Shown: piece after piece, positions 49,581 through 59,539 of the stretch
Position numbering within the stretch: position 1 is the first letter of the stretch
Layout of the letters: every line of letters begins with the position of its first letter
DNA from: Gammaproteobacteria bacterium
Lineage (GTDB): Bacteria; Pseudomonadota; Gammaproteobacteria; UBA9214
Reading direction: 5' to 3'
Assembly (NCBI GenBank): GCA_049667605.1
Contig: JBATIF010000240.1
Span: 1-62,571 of the forward strand
DNA length: 62,571 bases
Made by a program: the position numbers and the translations under genes
Notes under the pieces: generated by a model
What the model was told of the DNA's origin: nothing
The model's input: only the letters and a program-made list of their open reading frames with translations
The model's database searches: none

Positions 49581-49649
49581 CTTGATTTTCAGTAGCGCCG
49601 ATTTGATTTCAGCTTGCGGGCGCCTTACAAGTACAGCTAAAGCGACGGC
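49581..49649 (+). promoter_or_regulatory. Structured metZ leader with pseudoknot potential (riboswitch candidate, possibly SAM-II-like)
   Basis: Helix GCGCC(49595-49599)/GGCGC(49619-49623) encloses a U-rich loop, GATTTGATTTCAGCTTGCG. The loop GCTT(49612-49615) can pair with AAGC(49640-49643) in the 3' tail ACAGCTAAAGC. The tail segment CAGCTAAAGCGA(49634-49645) can alternatively pair with TCGCGTAGCTG(49658-49668) inside the downstream terminator. Confidence 0.4.
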
Positions 49650-49683
49650 ACCTGCATTCGCGTAGCTGAGAGCAGGTTTTTTT
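49650..49683 (+). terminator. Intrinsic terminator immediately upstream of metZ (attenuator)
   Basis: Stem ACCTGC(49650-49655)/GCAGGT(49672-49677) is followed by T7 (49677-49683). It ends 18 nt before the preferred metZ ATG. Confidence 0.5.
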
Positions 49684-49701
49684 ATGCCCCGGGGAATTGT
49701 T

Positions 49702-50892
49702 ATGCCTGAAAATGACGAGTTCGATTTCGATACCAGGGCAGTAAGGGCCGGGCAGCTGCGCAGCCCGGAAGGCGAGCATTCAGAGGCGATTTTCGCCACT
49801 TCAAGCTTTGTCTTCGCCAGTGCCTCCGAAGCCGCAGCCCGTTTTTCGGGTGACCGGCCGGGTAATATCTATTCACGTTTTACCAATCCCACCGTACGCA
49901 CATTTGAGCAAAGACTGGCCTCACTGGAAGGTGGTGAATGCTGCGTAGCGACGTCCTCGGGGATGGCTGCAATCCTCGCAATGTGTGCAGGCCTGCTGAA
50001 AGCGGGCGACCACATCGTCTCGTCACGCAGTGTCTTCGGGACAACCACCGTCCTGTTTACGACCTATCTGGCGAAATTCGGAATTGAGACAACATTCGTG
50101 GCGTTAACCGACATGCAGGCCTGGCGCGATGCGCTGCGGCCAAAAACCAAACTACTGTTCCTGGAGACGCCTTCCAACCCGTTAACAGAGATTGCAGACA
50201 TCGCTGAACTGGCTGTTGTTGCCAAACAGAACAACTGCATGCTGGCAGTGGATAATTGTTTCTGCACACCAGCCTTGCAACGCCCCCTGGACCTGGGTGC
50301 GGACATCGTCATTCACTCGGCCACCAAGTACCTCGACGGGCAGGGTCGCTGTATCGGCGGTGCGGTTGTCGGCGGTGACGATGTTGTCGGCAAGGATATC
50401 TACGGCTTCCTGCGGGCTGCCGGCCCTACGATGAGCCCGTTCAATGCCTGGGTTTTTTTGAAAGGGCTCGAAACCCTGTCAATACGCATGCGCGCCATCT
50501 GTTCCAGCGCACTGATTCTGGCCGAATGGCTGGAACAGCAGGCACAGGTGGCACGGGTCTATCACCCGGGCCTGGCATCTCACCCCCAGCATGAACTGGC
50601 GTGTCGTCAACAGGACGACTATGGCGGTATCGTCTCATTTGAATTGAAAGGCGGCAAACAAGCGGCATGGGACGTTATCGATGCGACCCGTGTATTTTCG
50701 ATTACCGCAAACCTTGGCGATACCAAGAGTACGATCACTCACCCGGCAACCACGACCCACGGTCGGCTGGCAGTGGAGCAGCGCGCGACAGCCGGAATTA
50801 CCGACGGCCTGGTACGTCTCGCGGTGGGCCTGGAAAGCGTTGCCGATTTACAGGCCGACCTGGAGCGGGGTCTCTCGGTATTGCCTGGCTGA
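49702..50892 (+). CDS. metZ: O-succinylhomoserine sulfhydrylase
   Basis: TRAVRAGQLRSPEGEHSEAIFATSSFVF, FTNPTV and PLP-Lys SATKYLDGQG are present, in the purF-metZ synteny. The ATG at 49702 (SD GGGGA) is preferred over 49684, which lies at the end of the terminator T-run. Confidence 0.9.
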   Translation: MPENDEFDFDTRAVRAGQLRSPEGEHSEAIFATSSFVFASASEAAARFSGDRPGNIYSRFTNPTVRTFEQRLASLEGGECCVATSSGMAAILAMCAGLLKAGDHIVSSRSVFGTTTVLFTTYLAKFGIETTFVALTDMQAWRDALRPKTKLLFLETPSNPLTEIADIAELAVVAKQNNCMLAVDNCFCTPALQRPLDLGADIVIHSATKYLDGQGRCIGGAVVGGDDVVGKDIYGFLRAAGPTMSPFNAWVFLKGLETLSIRMRAICSSALILAEWLEQQAQVARVYHPGLASHPQHELACRQQDDYGGIVSFELKGGKQAAWDVIDATRVFSITANLGDTKSTITHPATTTHGRLAVEQRATAGITDGLVRLAVGLESVADLQADLERGLSVLPG

Positions 50893-50941
50893 TCGGGGAT
50901 GTTACTCGGCCTGTCGCAGTCCGCCCGGCAATAATCCGGGC

Positions 50942-52204
50942 ATGAAAGCGACGCCCTATGTAAAACAGCGGCAACAGCTGGAAGCCGTATTCAGGGCAGG
51001 GCTGGCCGCCGTTCATGGCAGCCGCTGTGTCATGGACTACCTGGCTGGGTATCCCCCGGAAAATTACACAACTGTTGTTGCCATCGGCAAGGCCGCGTCG
51101 GCCATGACGACGGGTGCGCTGCAGGCGCTGGGCGAGCGTTTCCTGCAGGGCTTGCTGATTACCCGGGACGGTCATCTGGATCCACTGCACACGCGGGATC
51201 CGCGTTTAATCTGCATGCAAGCGGGCCACCCGCTTCCGGATGCCCGCAGCCTGCGGGCCGGAGACCTGCTGTGCTCCTTTCTCGATGGAATACCTGTTGA
51301 TGCCGGAGTCCTGTTCCTTATCTCGGGCGGCGCTTCCAGCCTGGTCGAGGTCCTGCCGGAGAAAACCGGGCTGCTGCAGTTGCAAGACTTGAACCGGTGG
51401 CTACTTGCCAGCGGCCTGGATATTTCGGCAATCAACCGGGTGCGCCGGTCTGTTTCCCGTATCAAGGGCGGCGGCCTGCTGGAATATCTGCACGGGCGCG
51501 AGGCCACTGTCTTGCTGATCTCGGATGTAAGCGGGGACGATCCTGCGATTATCGGTTCAGGCCTGTTGTGGCAGGGAACAGACCCTGATTTGCCTGACCT
51601 GGACCTGCCGCGCTGGATTCTGGACATGTGTCGTGCCGGTTGCCGCGATGCGATGACAGGCGCCGGCGCACCCGTTCAGATCGACCACCACGTCGTGGCC
51701 AGTCTCGAGATGGCCCTGCAGGCGGCGGCGCTGGCGGGGGATGCGCTTGGCTACACCAGCAGGATCATGCATGAGCACCTTGGCGGTGACGCCGTGGACA
51801 CGGGTGGCAGGCTGATTGCACGGCTCCGCGACAGCCAGCCGGGACTGGCCCTGTGGGGCGGGGAGACGACCGTTACCTTGCCCGCGGTGCCGGGAAAGGG
51901 TGGGCGTAACCAGCACCTGGCGCTTGCTGCAGCGTGCACCATGGCCAAGGGCGATACTATCGTCTTGTTGTCAGCGGGTACCGACGGTACCGATGGCACG
52001 ACGCTTGCCGCCGGGGCTATCGTGGATCCCACTACCCTGACCCGGGGCAAGGCTGCCGGGCTCGATCCCGTGCACTGCCTGCGCCTAGCCGATTCAGGAC
52101 GTTTTCTCGAGGCCTGCGGGGATGTCCTGGTGACAGGCCCGACAGGCACCAACGTGACTGATTTGGTGATCGGCCTGAAACTGGCGGATGAGCCCGGCAG
52201 GTAA
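50942..52204 (+). CDS. Glycerate 2-kinase / hydroxypyruvate reductase-like (DUF4147 + MOFRL)
   Basis: About 420 aa. The N-terminal DUF4147-like region (VVAIGKAASAM) and the C-terminal MOFRL region (GGETTVTLP...GKGGRNQHLALA...LLSAGTDGTDG) are present. The start was set at the ATG at 50942. The track ORF start at 50681 lies inside metZ. Confidence 0.78.
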   Translation: MKATPYVKQRQQLEAVFRAGLAAVHGSRCVMDYLAGYPPENYTTVVAIGKAASAMTTGALQALGERFLQGLLITRDGHLDPLHTRDPRLICMQAGHPLPDARSLRAGDLLCSFLDGIPVDAGVLFLISGGASSLVEVLPEKTGLLQLQDLNRWLLASGLDISAINRVRRSVSRIKGGGLLEYLHGREATVLLISDVSGDDPAIIGSGLLWQGTDPDLPDLDLPRWILDMCRAGCRDAMTGAGAPVQIDHHVVASLEMALQAAALAGDALGYTSRIMHEHLGGDAVDTGGRLIARLRDSQPGLALWGGETTVTLPAVPGKGGRNQHLALAAACTMAKGDTIVLLSAGTDGTDGTTLAAGAIVDPTTLTRGKAAGLDPVHCLRLADSGRFLEACGDVLVTGPTGTNVTDLVIGLKLADEPGR

Positions 52205-52256
52205 TTTTGCGCTTGTCCATCCTGCGCATGGTTTCGGTAAATTTGCTATTGACGGA

Positions 52257-52985
52257 TTACCCGATCGCAAGGTGCTCCAGCCTGCAACCCTCGGGGCTGC
52301 ATTCCAGCACGCTGCCCTGCTCGTACCAGTCACCCAGGACGATGCGTTGTGCCGGCCTGCCGGCAATCGGCAGGTCATGTATATCGGGCCGGTGGGTGTG
52401 ACCGTGGATCAGCCTTGGTACCCTGTTTCCAATCATCACGTTGACGACGGCGGCCGGGTTCACATCCATGATGCTTTCTGACTTGCCGCCGGTCTTCTCC
52501 TGGCTGAGGGCGCGCATTCCAAGGGCAATATCGCGGCGTTCTTCGAGGGGTTTGTTGAGGAAGCCGGTCTGCCATTTCGGGTTGCGCACCTTATCCCGGA
52601 AGGCCTGGTATTCCTTGTCATCGGTGCATAACAGGTCGCCATGCATCAGCAGGGTAGGGATGCCGTAGAGGTCAATTCGCGCAGGATCCTGCAACAGGGT
52701 GCAGTTGCCCTGTTTGGTAAATTGCTCGCCAAGCAGAAAGTCCCGGTTGCCGTGCATGACGAACACAGGTGTGCCGGAGGCAGCGCACTCACTCAGCCCC
52801 CGGCACACATCTGTATTCAGGGTGGACTGGTCGTCATCCCCGATCCAGGCCTCGAACAGGTCGCCCAGTACATACAGTGCATCCGACCCGCTGGCGCGGG
52901 TTTTCAGGAAATCAAGAAACAAACGGGTAATCTGCGGGCGCCCCTCATCCAGATGCAGGTCGGAGATGAACAGGGTGCGCGGCAT
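52257..52985 (-). CDS. lpxH: UDP-2,3-diacylglucosamine hydrolase
   Basis: Calcineurin-like metallophosphoesterase motifs are present: LFISDLHL, GDLFEAWIGDD, HGNRDF and HGHTH. Confidence 0.9.
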   Translation of the reverse strand: MPRTLFISDLHLDEGRPQITRLFLDFLKTRASGSDALYVLGDLFEAWIGDDDQSTLNTDVCRGLSECAASGTPVFVMHGNRDFLLGEQFTKQGNCTLLQDPARIDLYGIPTLLMHGDLLCTDDKEYQAFRDKVRNPKWQTGFLNKPLEERRDIALGMRALSQEKTGGKSESIMDVNPAAVVNVMIGNRVPRLIHGHTHRPDIHDLPIAGRPAQRIVLGDWYEQGSVLECSPEGCRLEHLAIG

Positions 52986-53006
52986 CCGCGTGGTCTCCCC
53001 GGAGAC

Positions 53007-53606
53007 TTATTCGACGATGCTTACTTTATTGATGACAACGTTTGTTACGGGAACATCCTGTTGTCCGTTACTGGTGGTCGTCTTGACGTCTTCAATGCTG
53101 GAAACCGTGTCCATTCCTTCGGTAACCTTTCCAAAAACCGTATATCCCCAGCCCCGCGACGTTGGCGAAGTGTGGTCGAGAAAATCATTGTCTTTGACGT
53201 TGATAAAGAATTGCGCTGTCGCTGAATGTGGATCACTGGTTCTTGCCATTGCAATTGTGCCATTGAGGTTCTTCAGCCCGTTATCTGCTTCATTCATGAT
53301 TGTCTGGCTGGTTTCTTTTTGCCTCATGTCCACATCGAAGCCGCCGCCCTGAATCATGAAGCCGGGGATGACGCGGTGAAAAATGGTGCCGTCATAGTGG
53401 CCGGATTTGGCATATTCGACAAAATTGGCAACTGTCTTCGGTGCTTTTGAGCTGTCAAGCTCCAGAGTAATGTTGCCCTTGGTGGTTTCCATGATGACTG
53501 TAACCATGTCTGCTCCTTTATGATGTGAATTGTTTCCGTCGCAAATAGCCATGGTCGGCAGCATGCCGACAGCCATGATCAGGAAAGTGGCGAGTGAATT
53601 TTTCAT
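53007..53606 (-). CDS. ppiA: Peptidyl-prolyl cis-trans isomerase, cyclophilin type, exported
   Basis: It has an N-terminal signal-like segment and [29 protein letters not shown] resembles E. coli PpiA. The ATG at 53606 is preceded by GGAG. The gene sits in the ppi-lpxH arrangement. Confidence 0.88.
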   Translation of the reverse strand: MKNSLATFLIMAVGMLPTMAICDGNNSHHKGADMVTVIMETTKGNITLELDSSKAPKTVANFVEYAKSGHYDGTIFHRVIPGFMIQGGGFDVDMRQKETSQTIMNEADNGLKNLNGTIAMARTSDPHSATAQFFINVKDNDFLDHTSPTSRGWGYTVFGKVTEGMDTVSSIEDVKTTTSNGQQDVPVTNVVINKVSIVE

Positions 53607-53783
53607 AAAATACTCCGTGTTCACTATATTAAACGTTAATAATATAAGCTCTGGCCATGTTTACAAGTTTGCCGGCCGGCTGCCCGCTTTTGTAGCACGA
53701 ACGGCTTTCCGTTACCATTGCCGCGCCAGAGAGGCCCCGCTATTACCTGACAGGCAATGTGAATACAGAGTGGAACACTGAAG

Positions 53784-55187
53784 ATGCTGCAGATCTATAA
53801 CACGCTCACAAGTCGCAAGGATATTTTTGTCCCGATTGAGCCGGGCAAGGTTCGCATATATGTCTGCGGCATGACTGTCTACGACTACTGCCATCTGGGG
53901 CATGCCCGCGTCATGGTTGTTTTTGATGTGGTTGTCCGCTATCTGAGGAAGCTTGGTTTTGAGGTCACCTATGTGCGAAATATTACAGATGTCGACGACA
54001 AGATCATTGCACGGGCAATTGAAAATGGCGAAAGCATTAGTCAATTGACCATGCGCTTTATCAGCATCATGAACGAAGATGCCGCGGCGCTTGGCGTGAT
54101 GCCGCCAGACCAGGAACCGATGGCGACCACCTCGATGAACGACATAATTGCCATGATCAGGACGCTGGTGGATAAAGGTCATGCATACCAGGGAGAGAAC
54201 GGTGACGTCTATTACTCGGTAAACACGTTCGACTCGTACGGTAAACTGTCTGGAAGAAACATAGAGGATCTGCAGGCGGGTGCACGTGTGGCTGTCGATG
54301 AGTCCAAAAAAAACCCGCTTGATTTTGTACTCTGGAAGAGCGTCAAGGGGGATGAACCCAGTTGGCCTTCACCCTGGGGCAACGGGCGGCCGGGCTGGCA
54401 TATCGAATGTTCGGCCATGTCCACCGGCTGTCTCGGGCCGCATTTCGATATTCACGGCGGTGGAATGGATCTCAAATTTCCGCATCATGAGAATGAAATT
54501 GCGCAATCCGAGGCGGCAACCGGGGAGACCTTTGTAAACTACTGGATGCATAATGGCTTTGTCAGGGTGGATGATGAAAAGATGTCCAAGTCGCTGGGTA
54601 ATTTTTTTACCGTTCGAGAAATCCTGAAACGCTATCGTGCCGAAGAAGTGCGCTATTTTATCCTTGCAAGCCATTATCGCAGTCCCCTGAATTATTCACA
54701 GGAAAATCTCGATAACAGCAAGGCGGCACTGGCAAGGTTGTATGCATCCCTCAGGGGTATGCCCGTGGCGCAGCATGACGGGCCCGGGTGTGCGGCCAGC
54801 AGCAGTGCTTTCTACAAGGCCATGGATGATGATTTCAATACACCGGAAGCCATCGCGGTATTGTTTGAAATTGCACGCGAGATTAACAGGCACAGGGATT
54901 CCGACCCCGGGAAAGCAGCCTCACTGGCCGCCTGCCTCATGGATCTCGGCAATGTCCTCGGACTGTTGCAAGCGGACCCGGAAACCTACTTTCGTGAATC
55001 TGCGCCAGTGCAGGATGAACAGGAACGCGGGCTGACAGCATCCGCGGTTGAGGACTTGATCGCCCGTCGCCTTGCTGCACGTCAAGCAAAGGACTGGGCA
55101 TCAGCCGATGGAATACGTGACCAGCTGGATGCCGCCGGTGTTGTTATAGAAGATGGACCAACCGGTACCACGTGGCGACGCAAGTGA
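53784..55187 (+). CDS. cysS: Cysteine--tRNA ligase
   Basis: It has class I HIGH (CHLGHAR) and KMSKS motifs. Confidence 0.95.
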   Translation: MLQIYNTLTSRKDIFVPIEPGKVRIYVCGMTVYDYCHLGHARVMVVFDVVVRYLRKLGFEVTYVRNITDVDDKIIARAIENGESISQLTMRFISIMNEDAAALGVMPPDQEPMATTSMNDIIAMIRTLVDKGHAYQGENGDVYYSVNTFDSYGKLSGRNIEDLQAGARVAVDESKKNPLDFVLWKSVKGDEPSWPSPWGNGRPGWHIECSAMSTGCLGPHFDIHGGGMDLKFPHHENEIAQSEAATGETFVNYWMHNGFVRVDDEKMSKSLGNFFTVREILKRYRAEEVRYFILASHYRSPLNYSQENLDNSKAALARLYASLRGMPVAQHDGPGCAASSSAFYKAMDDDFNTPEAIAVLFEIAREINRHRDSDPGKAASLAACLMDLGNVLGLLQADPETYFRESAPVQDEQERGLTASAVEDLIARRLAARQAKDWASADGIRDQLDAAGVVIEDGPTGTTWRRK

Positions 55188-55330
55188 GATCAGTGGTGGA
55201 GTTGTCCTCTTCCCCGGTCGGGCACTGGCCGGCAATCGCTGCGGTTTTTCAATTCCATGCTGCTGTAAAAGGCCTCCTCGCAATCACAGCCGGGTGTCAA
55301 TCTGCCTCGGTTTGACGTATTTGTTCTGAC

Positions 55331-56185
55331 TCAGTCATGCAGCTGTTCAGTCGCAAACAGCGTATTTTCAAGCAAGGTTGCGACGGTCATCGGACCCACT
55401 CCACCAGGCACGGGTGTAATCCACGCGGCCCGTTCATAGGCGTTGTCAAACTCGATATCACCCACCAGCTTGCCATCTTCACGGCGGTTAATGCCTACAT
55501 CGATCACGGTTGCACCGGGCTTTACCCACTTGCCGGGTACAATGCCGGGTTTGCCAACAGCGACGACCAGAATGTCCGCCCGGGCGACATGCTGGTCAAG
55601 ATTTTCGGTGAAGCGATGACAGGTCGTGACGGTGCAGCCGGCAAGTAACAGCTCGAGATTCATCGGACGGCCGACGATGTTGGACGCGCCGACCACGACG
55701 GCTTCACGACCGTAGAAAGTTTCACCGGTATGTTCGAGTAACGTGATGATTCCGCGTGGAGTACAGGAGCGCAGTGACGGACGCCGCAGGGCCAGCCGAC
55801 CGATATTGTAGGGATGGAAGCCGTCTACATCCTTGTCCGGACGGATAAATTCGGTAACCTTGTCGTCATCGATATGTTCAGGAAGCGGCAGCTGGACAAG
55901 GATACCGTCAATTGAATCATCGTAATTCAGCTGCCCTACCAGGTCGAGAAGATCTTTTTCCGAGGTTCCGGCGGGGAGGTCCCAGGAACGTGAGATGAGG
56001 CCGGCCTCGTCACAGGCCTTGCGCTTGTTGCGTACATATATTTCCGAGGCCGGATCCTGGCCTACCAGAATAACGGCAAGCCCGGGAAGACGTTGCTTGT
56101 TGCGCAGGCGTTCATCGATCCGCTGTTTTACGGATGCCCTGACTTCGGCGGCTATTGCCTTGCCATCGATCAGTTTAGCGGTCAT
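55331..56185 (-). CDS. folD: Bifunctional methylenetetrahydrofolate dehydrogenase/cyclohydrolase
   Basis: The N-terminus is [21 protein letters not shown]... and the product is 284 aa. The start was set at the ATG at 56185. The 365-aa track ORF begins at a TTG abutting tRNA-Pro. Confidence 0.93.
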   Translation of the reverse strand: MTAKLIDGKAIAAEVRASVKQRIDERLRNKQRLPGLAVILVGQDPASEIYVRNKRKACDEAGLISRSWDLPAGTSEKDLLDLVGQLNYDDSIDGILVQLPLPEHIDDDKVTEFIRPDKDVDGFHPYNIGRLALRRPSLRSCTPRGIITLLEHTGETFYGREAVVVGASNIVGRPMNLELLLAGCTVTTCHRFTENLDQHVARADILVVAVGKPGIVPGKWVKPGATVIDVGINRREDGKLVGDIEFDNAYERAAWITPVPGGVGPMTVATLLENTLFATEQLHD

Positions 56186-56430
56186 TGTTGCAACAAGGTC
56201 TCTGCGCCGGGAAGGACCGGGATTCTCGCATGTGACGGCGATGCGGCACAACTCGGCGATCATTCTTGCGCGATCCTGAATTATCCTGCTGCATCGGCTC
56301 ATGAAGGGGGCAGGTATGCCGCTGGATAGATTTCTGCGTCGCTGCATTTGACCCATTTTGAGGTAGAACGTATTATCGCTTGGTTGAGCTGTCAGGCTTG
56401 TGTCCGAGGCCTGTGAACAGGCCAACAATA

Positions 56431-56507
56431 CGGGGTATAGCGCAGCCTGGTAGCGCGCCTGCTTTGGGAGCAGGATGTCGGGAGTTCGAATCTCTCTACC
56501 CCGACCA
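56431..56507 (+). tRNA. tRNA-Pro(TGG)
   Basis: CGGGGTA TA GCGC AGCCTGGTA GCGC ... CCTGC TTTGGGA GCAGG ... TACCCCG A CCA folds as a cloverleaf with anticodon TGG. Confidence 0.92.
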
Positions 56508-56549
56508 ATTTTGACTTGGGTACAATTAGCCTGACCTGCAGATTTTCTT

Positions 56550-56626
56550 GCGCCCGTAGCTCAGCTGGATAGAGCATCGGCCTTCTAAGCCGAGGGTCGC
56601 AGGTTCGAATCCTGCCGGGCGCGCCA
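56550..56626 (+). tRNA. tRNA-Arg(TCT)
   Basis: GCGCCCG TA GCTC AGCTGGATA GAGC ... TCGGC CTTCTAA GCCGA ... CGGGCGC G CCA has anticodon TCT. Confidence 0.92.
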
Positions 56627-56658
56627 GTTGTGACGAGTCGGACAGCGTGTTTTTTAAT

Positions 56659-56735
56659 GGTGGGCGTAGCTCAGTTGGTAGAGCCCTGGATTGTGATTCC
56701 AGTCGTCGTGGGTTCGAGTCCCATCGTCCACCCCA
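56659..56735 (+). tRNA. tRNA-His(GTG)
   Basis: An encoded extra G(-1) precedes GTGGGCG. The anticodon arm is CTGGA TTGTGAT TCCAG, and the 3' end is CGTCCAC C CCA. Confidence 0.92.
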
Positions 56736-56741
56736 TTTACC

Positions 56742-56817
56742 GGGCCGTTAGCTCAGTTGGTAGAGCAGGTGACTCTTAATCACTTGGTCGAAGGTTCGAG
56801 TCCTTCACGGCCCACCA
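56742..56817 (+). tRNA. tRNA-Lys(CTT)
   Basis: GGGCCGT TA GCTC AGTTGGTA GAGC ... GGTGA CTCTTAA TCACT ... ACGGCCC A CCA has anticodon CTT. Confidence 0.9.
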
Positions 56818-56963
56818 TTCACAAAGGCATCAGAGCGCACTTTTTCTGAACATCCCCATCACCGGATTGTGAAGTGCCTGGCACGGACCATGGGATGGTG
56901 CGGGGCCTCGCGGACCGGCCTGCCAGGCAAGATCCTGGACCTTTCATGCTCACGGGGCAGGGC

Positions 56964-56992
56964 AAAAAAAAGCGCCCATCCATAGGCGCTTT
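56964..56992 (-). terminator. Hairpin with A8/T-run flanks. It is a strong intrinsic terminator on the minus strand and a weak one on the plus strand.
   Basis: AAAGCGCC(56969-56976)/GGCGCTTT(56985-56992) form an 8-bp stem with an 8-nt loop. It is preceded on the plus strand by an A-run (A8, 56964-71, the last three in the stem), which becomes the U-tract after the hairpin on the minus strand. On the plus strand only TTTG follows. Confidence 0.5.
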
Positions 56993-57274
56993 GTGACGTG
57001 AGAGGGGTGTTTTATTATTGTTTTACGCCACTGGTTAAAACTATACCGGCCTGGCCGTAGTCGGGATATTGTCCAAAAGACCTACGACCTTTGTCCACGG
57101 CATGCGGGCATGGGCCTTCTCGCCCGCCCGGTGTAATTATTTTTGCACGCTGCCGGATGAGTTGCACAGCGGCCGGTTCAAATCAGGGGTGCGCAACTGC
57201 ACGATAAATCGTTATAATTTCAGATTAAATGTCCGTGGACCGGGTGAGGACCTGCGTGGTCACGGGGCATAGCA

Positions 57275-57359
<85 letters not shown>

Positions 57360-57446
57360 TTAATGTAATATTATATAAAACAATAGGTTGCGACCTACTG
57401 TCGAGAGGCGGACCGGCGCAGTTCAAACTCGTCTAGAGGTGATGGA

Positions 57447-58736
57447 ATGGATGTATCAGTAGAAAATACCGGTGGCCTGGGGCGACGCATGACGGTGCAG
57501 GTACCCTCTGAGCGGGTTGACCAGGAGGTGCAGTCTCGCCTTGCCTCGATGAGCAAGACCATTCGCCTGGATGGCTTCCGGCCAGGTAAAGTGCCGCTGA
57601 AGGTCGTAGCAAAGAAATATGGCGAGCAGGTTCGACTCGAGGTGGTTGAGCAGGTGGTCAACACAACGCTGCAGGAGGCCCTGTCCCGGGAAAATATTCG
57701 CCCGGTCGGTCAACCAAGCGTAGAAACGAAACCAGTACAGTCGGGCGGGACACTGGAATATGTAGTGACGTTTGAAGTTTTTCCGGAGTTGCCTGGAACA
57801 ATGGATTACAGTTTCAAGGTTACCAGGCCGATCGTCGAGATCATCAAGGATGATATCGACAACATGCTGGAAAATTTACGCAAGCAGCGTGTCACCTGGA
57901 ATATTGTCGAACGCCCGGCGCAGCCGGGTGACCAGGTTAATATTGATTTTGAAGGCAGCATCGATGGCGCACCCTTCGCCGGTAACAAGGCCGAGCAGAT
58001 GTCGCTGGAGCTGGGTTCAAATACGATGATACCCGGTTTCGAGGATCAGCTTGCAGGAGCTTCTGCCGGCGATGAAAGAACCCTGAAAATAACCTTCCCG
58101 CATAATTACCAGGCCGCTGAGGTCGCTGGCAAGGAGGCTGAATTCAAGGTAAAGGTTCATTCGGTATCCGAACCGGTTCTGCCTGAACTGGATGATGATT
58201 TTGCACGTGCATTCGGAGTCGACGCAAGCGGAATCGATGGTTTGAGGGACGAAGTCAGGAATAACATGCAACGTGAACTCGACGGGCTGGTTGCATCCAG
58301 GCTGAAGGAGCAGGTATTCAGTGGTCTGGTGAAATGCAATCCTGTTGAAGTGCCGCGAGTCATGATCGATTCCGAGATACAGCAGCTGCAGTCTCAGGAG
58401 TCGGGCAAGGGAATGGATTCGGCTGCCCTTGAAGCCACAGCCGAGAGACGCGTGAAACTGGGCGTGCTCGTTTCAGAGATTGTCAAACAGAACAACATAA
58501 TGGTTGATCCGGACCGTGTACGTGGCGTTGTGGATACAATTGCAGCTTCCTATGAAAAGCCCGAGGAAGTCGTGCAGTGGTACTATGGCAACCAGGACAT
58601 GCTTGCCAATGTTCAATCTTCTGTCATCGAAGAGCAGGTTGTTGAATGGGTTATAGCGAATAGCGGCGTCGAGGTTACAGACCAGGAAACCGGTTTTTCC
58701 AGGCTGGTCGATGAAGCCATACAATCTCAAGGATAA
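57447..58736 (+). CDS. tig: Trigger factor
   Basis: MDVSVENTGGLGRRMTVQV matches E. coli MQVSVETTQGLGRRVTITI. A central FKBP-type PPIase domain is present. Confidence 0.95.
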   Translation: MDVSVENTGGLGRRMTVQVPSERVDQEVQSRLASMSKTIRLDGFRPGKVPLKVVAKKYGEQVRLEVVEQVVNTTLQEALSRENIRPVGQPSVETKPVQSGGTLEYVVTFEVFPELPGTMDYSFKVTRPIVEIIKDDIDNMLENLRKQRVTWNIVERPAQPGDQVNIDFEGSIDGAPFAGNKAEQMSLELGSNTMIPGFEDQLAGASAGDERTLKITFPHNYQAAEVAGKEAEFKVKVHSVSEPVLPELDDDFARAFGVDASGIDGLRDEVRNNMQRELDGLVASRLKEQVFSGLVKCNPVEVPRVMIDSEIQQLQSQESGKGMDSAALEATAERRVKLGVLVSEIVKQNNIMVDPDRVRGVVDTIAASYEKPEEVVQWYYGNQDMLANVQSSVIEEQVVEWVIANSGVEVTDQETGFSRLVDEAIQSQG

Positions 58737-58742
58737 AATTGA

Positions 58743-59396
58743 ATGACCGATAACAGATACATGAATAGCGCACAGGATACGAAGGCCCTGAACCTGGTTC
58801 CGATTGTTATCGAGCAGACCGCTCGTGGCGAACGTTCCTATGATATCTACTCGCGCCTGCTGAAGGAGCGGGTTGTGTTCGTAGTCGGGCCGGTTGAAGA
58901 CTACATGGCCAATGTCATTGTTGCGCAGCTACTGTTTCTTGAATCAGAAAATCCTGACAAGGATATTCACCTGTATATCAACTCACCGGGTGGATCAGTA
59001 ACGGCAGGGCTGGCAATCTACGATACCATGCAATTTGTCAAACCGGATGTCAGTACCATGTGCATCGGGCAGGCCGCCAGCATGGGTGCACTTTTGCTGG
59101 CCGGCGGCAGCAGCGGCAAGCGAGTCTGTTTACCGCATTCCCGGATGATGATCCATCAGCCGCTCGGCGGCTTCCAGGGGCAGGCAACTGATATCGATAT
59201 CCATGCCAGGGAAATCCTCCACATCAGGGAGAAACTCAACCTGATATTGTCAAAACATACCAGCCAGCCAATGGACAAGATACAGCGAGATACCGAACGG
59301 GACAATTTCATGGGGGCAGAAACCGCCAGGGAATACGGACTGATCGACAAAATACTGGATCAGCGTGAAGATGCTGATGAGGATGAAGCCGGGTGA
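58743..59396 (+). CDS. clpP: ATP-dependent Clp protease proteolytic subunit
   Basis: [26 protein letters not shown] and catalytic Ser in GQAASMGA are present. SD AGGA lies upstream. Confidence 0.95.
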   Translation: MTDNRYMNSAQDTKALNLVPIVIEQTARGERSYDIYSRLLKERVVFVVGPVEDYMANVIVAQLLFLESENPDKDIHLYINSPGGSVTAGLAIYDTMQFVKPDVSTMCIGQAASMGALLLAGGSSGKRVCLPHSRMMIHQPLGGFQGQATDIDIHAREILHIREKLNLILSKHTSQPMDKIQRDTERDNFMGAETAREYGLIDKILDQREDADEDEAG

Positions 59397-59539
59397 ACTG
59401 GCCCCCGCAACCAGATGCCAAATACCATATGAGTCGAGGTGAATTTGGCAACCAGTGCTTGCAGGAGTTGATTCGTTGTCACAATCAGTGATACAAATCT
59501 ATCAGGCAGGTTCTTTATTGATAATACAGAGGACGTAAC

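Noticed and set aside
50681-50941. 87-codon extension of the MOFRL kinase ORF overlapping the metZ 3' end
   Set aside because: It is out of frame with respect to the well-supported metZ. The glycerate-kinase-like sequence starts at MKATPYVKQRQ (ATG at 50942).
56186-56428. 81-aa N-terminal extension of folD (TTG start abutting tRNA-Pro). I also considered a ZTP/pfl-type riboswitch in this folD leader.
   Set aside because: FolD homology starts at MTAKLIDGK (ATG at 56185) and the extension has no protein-like features. I could not find the conserved ZTP motifs by eye. Only an Rfam scan could settle it.
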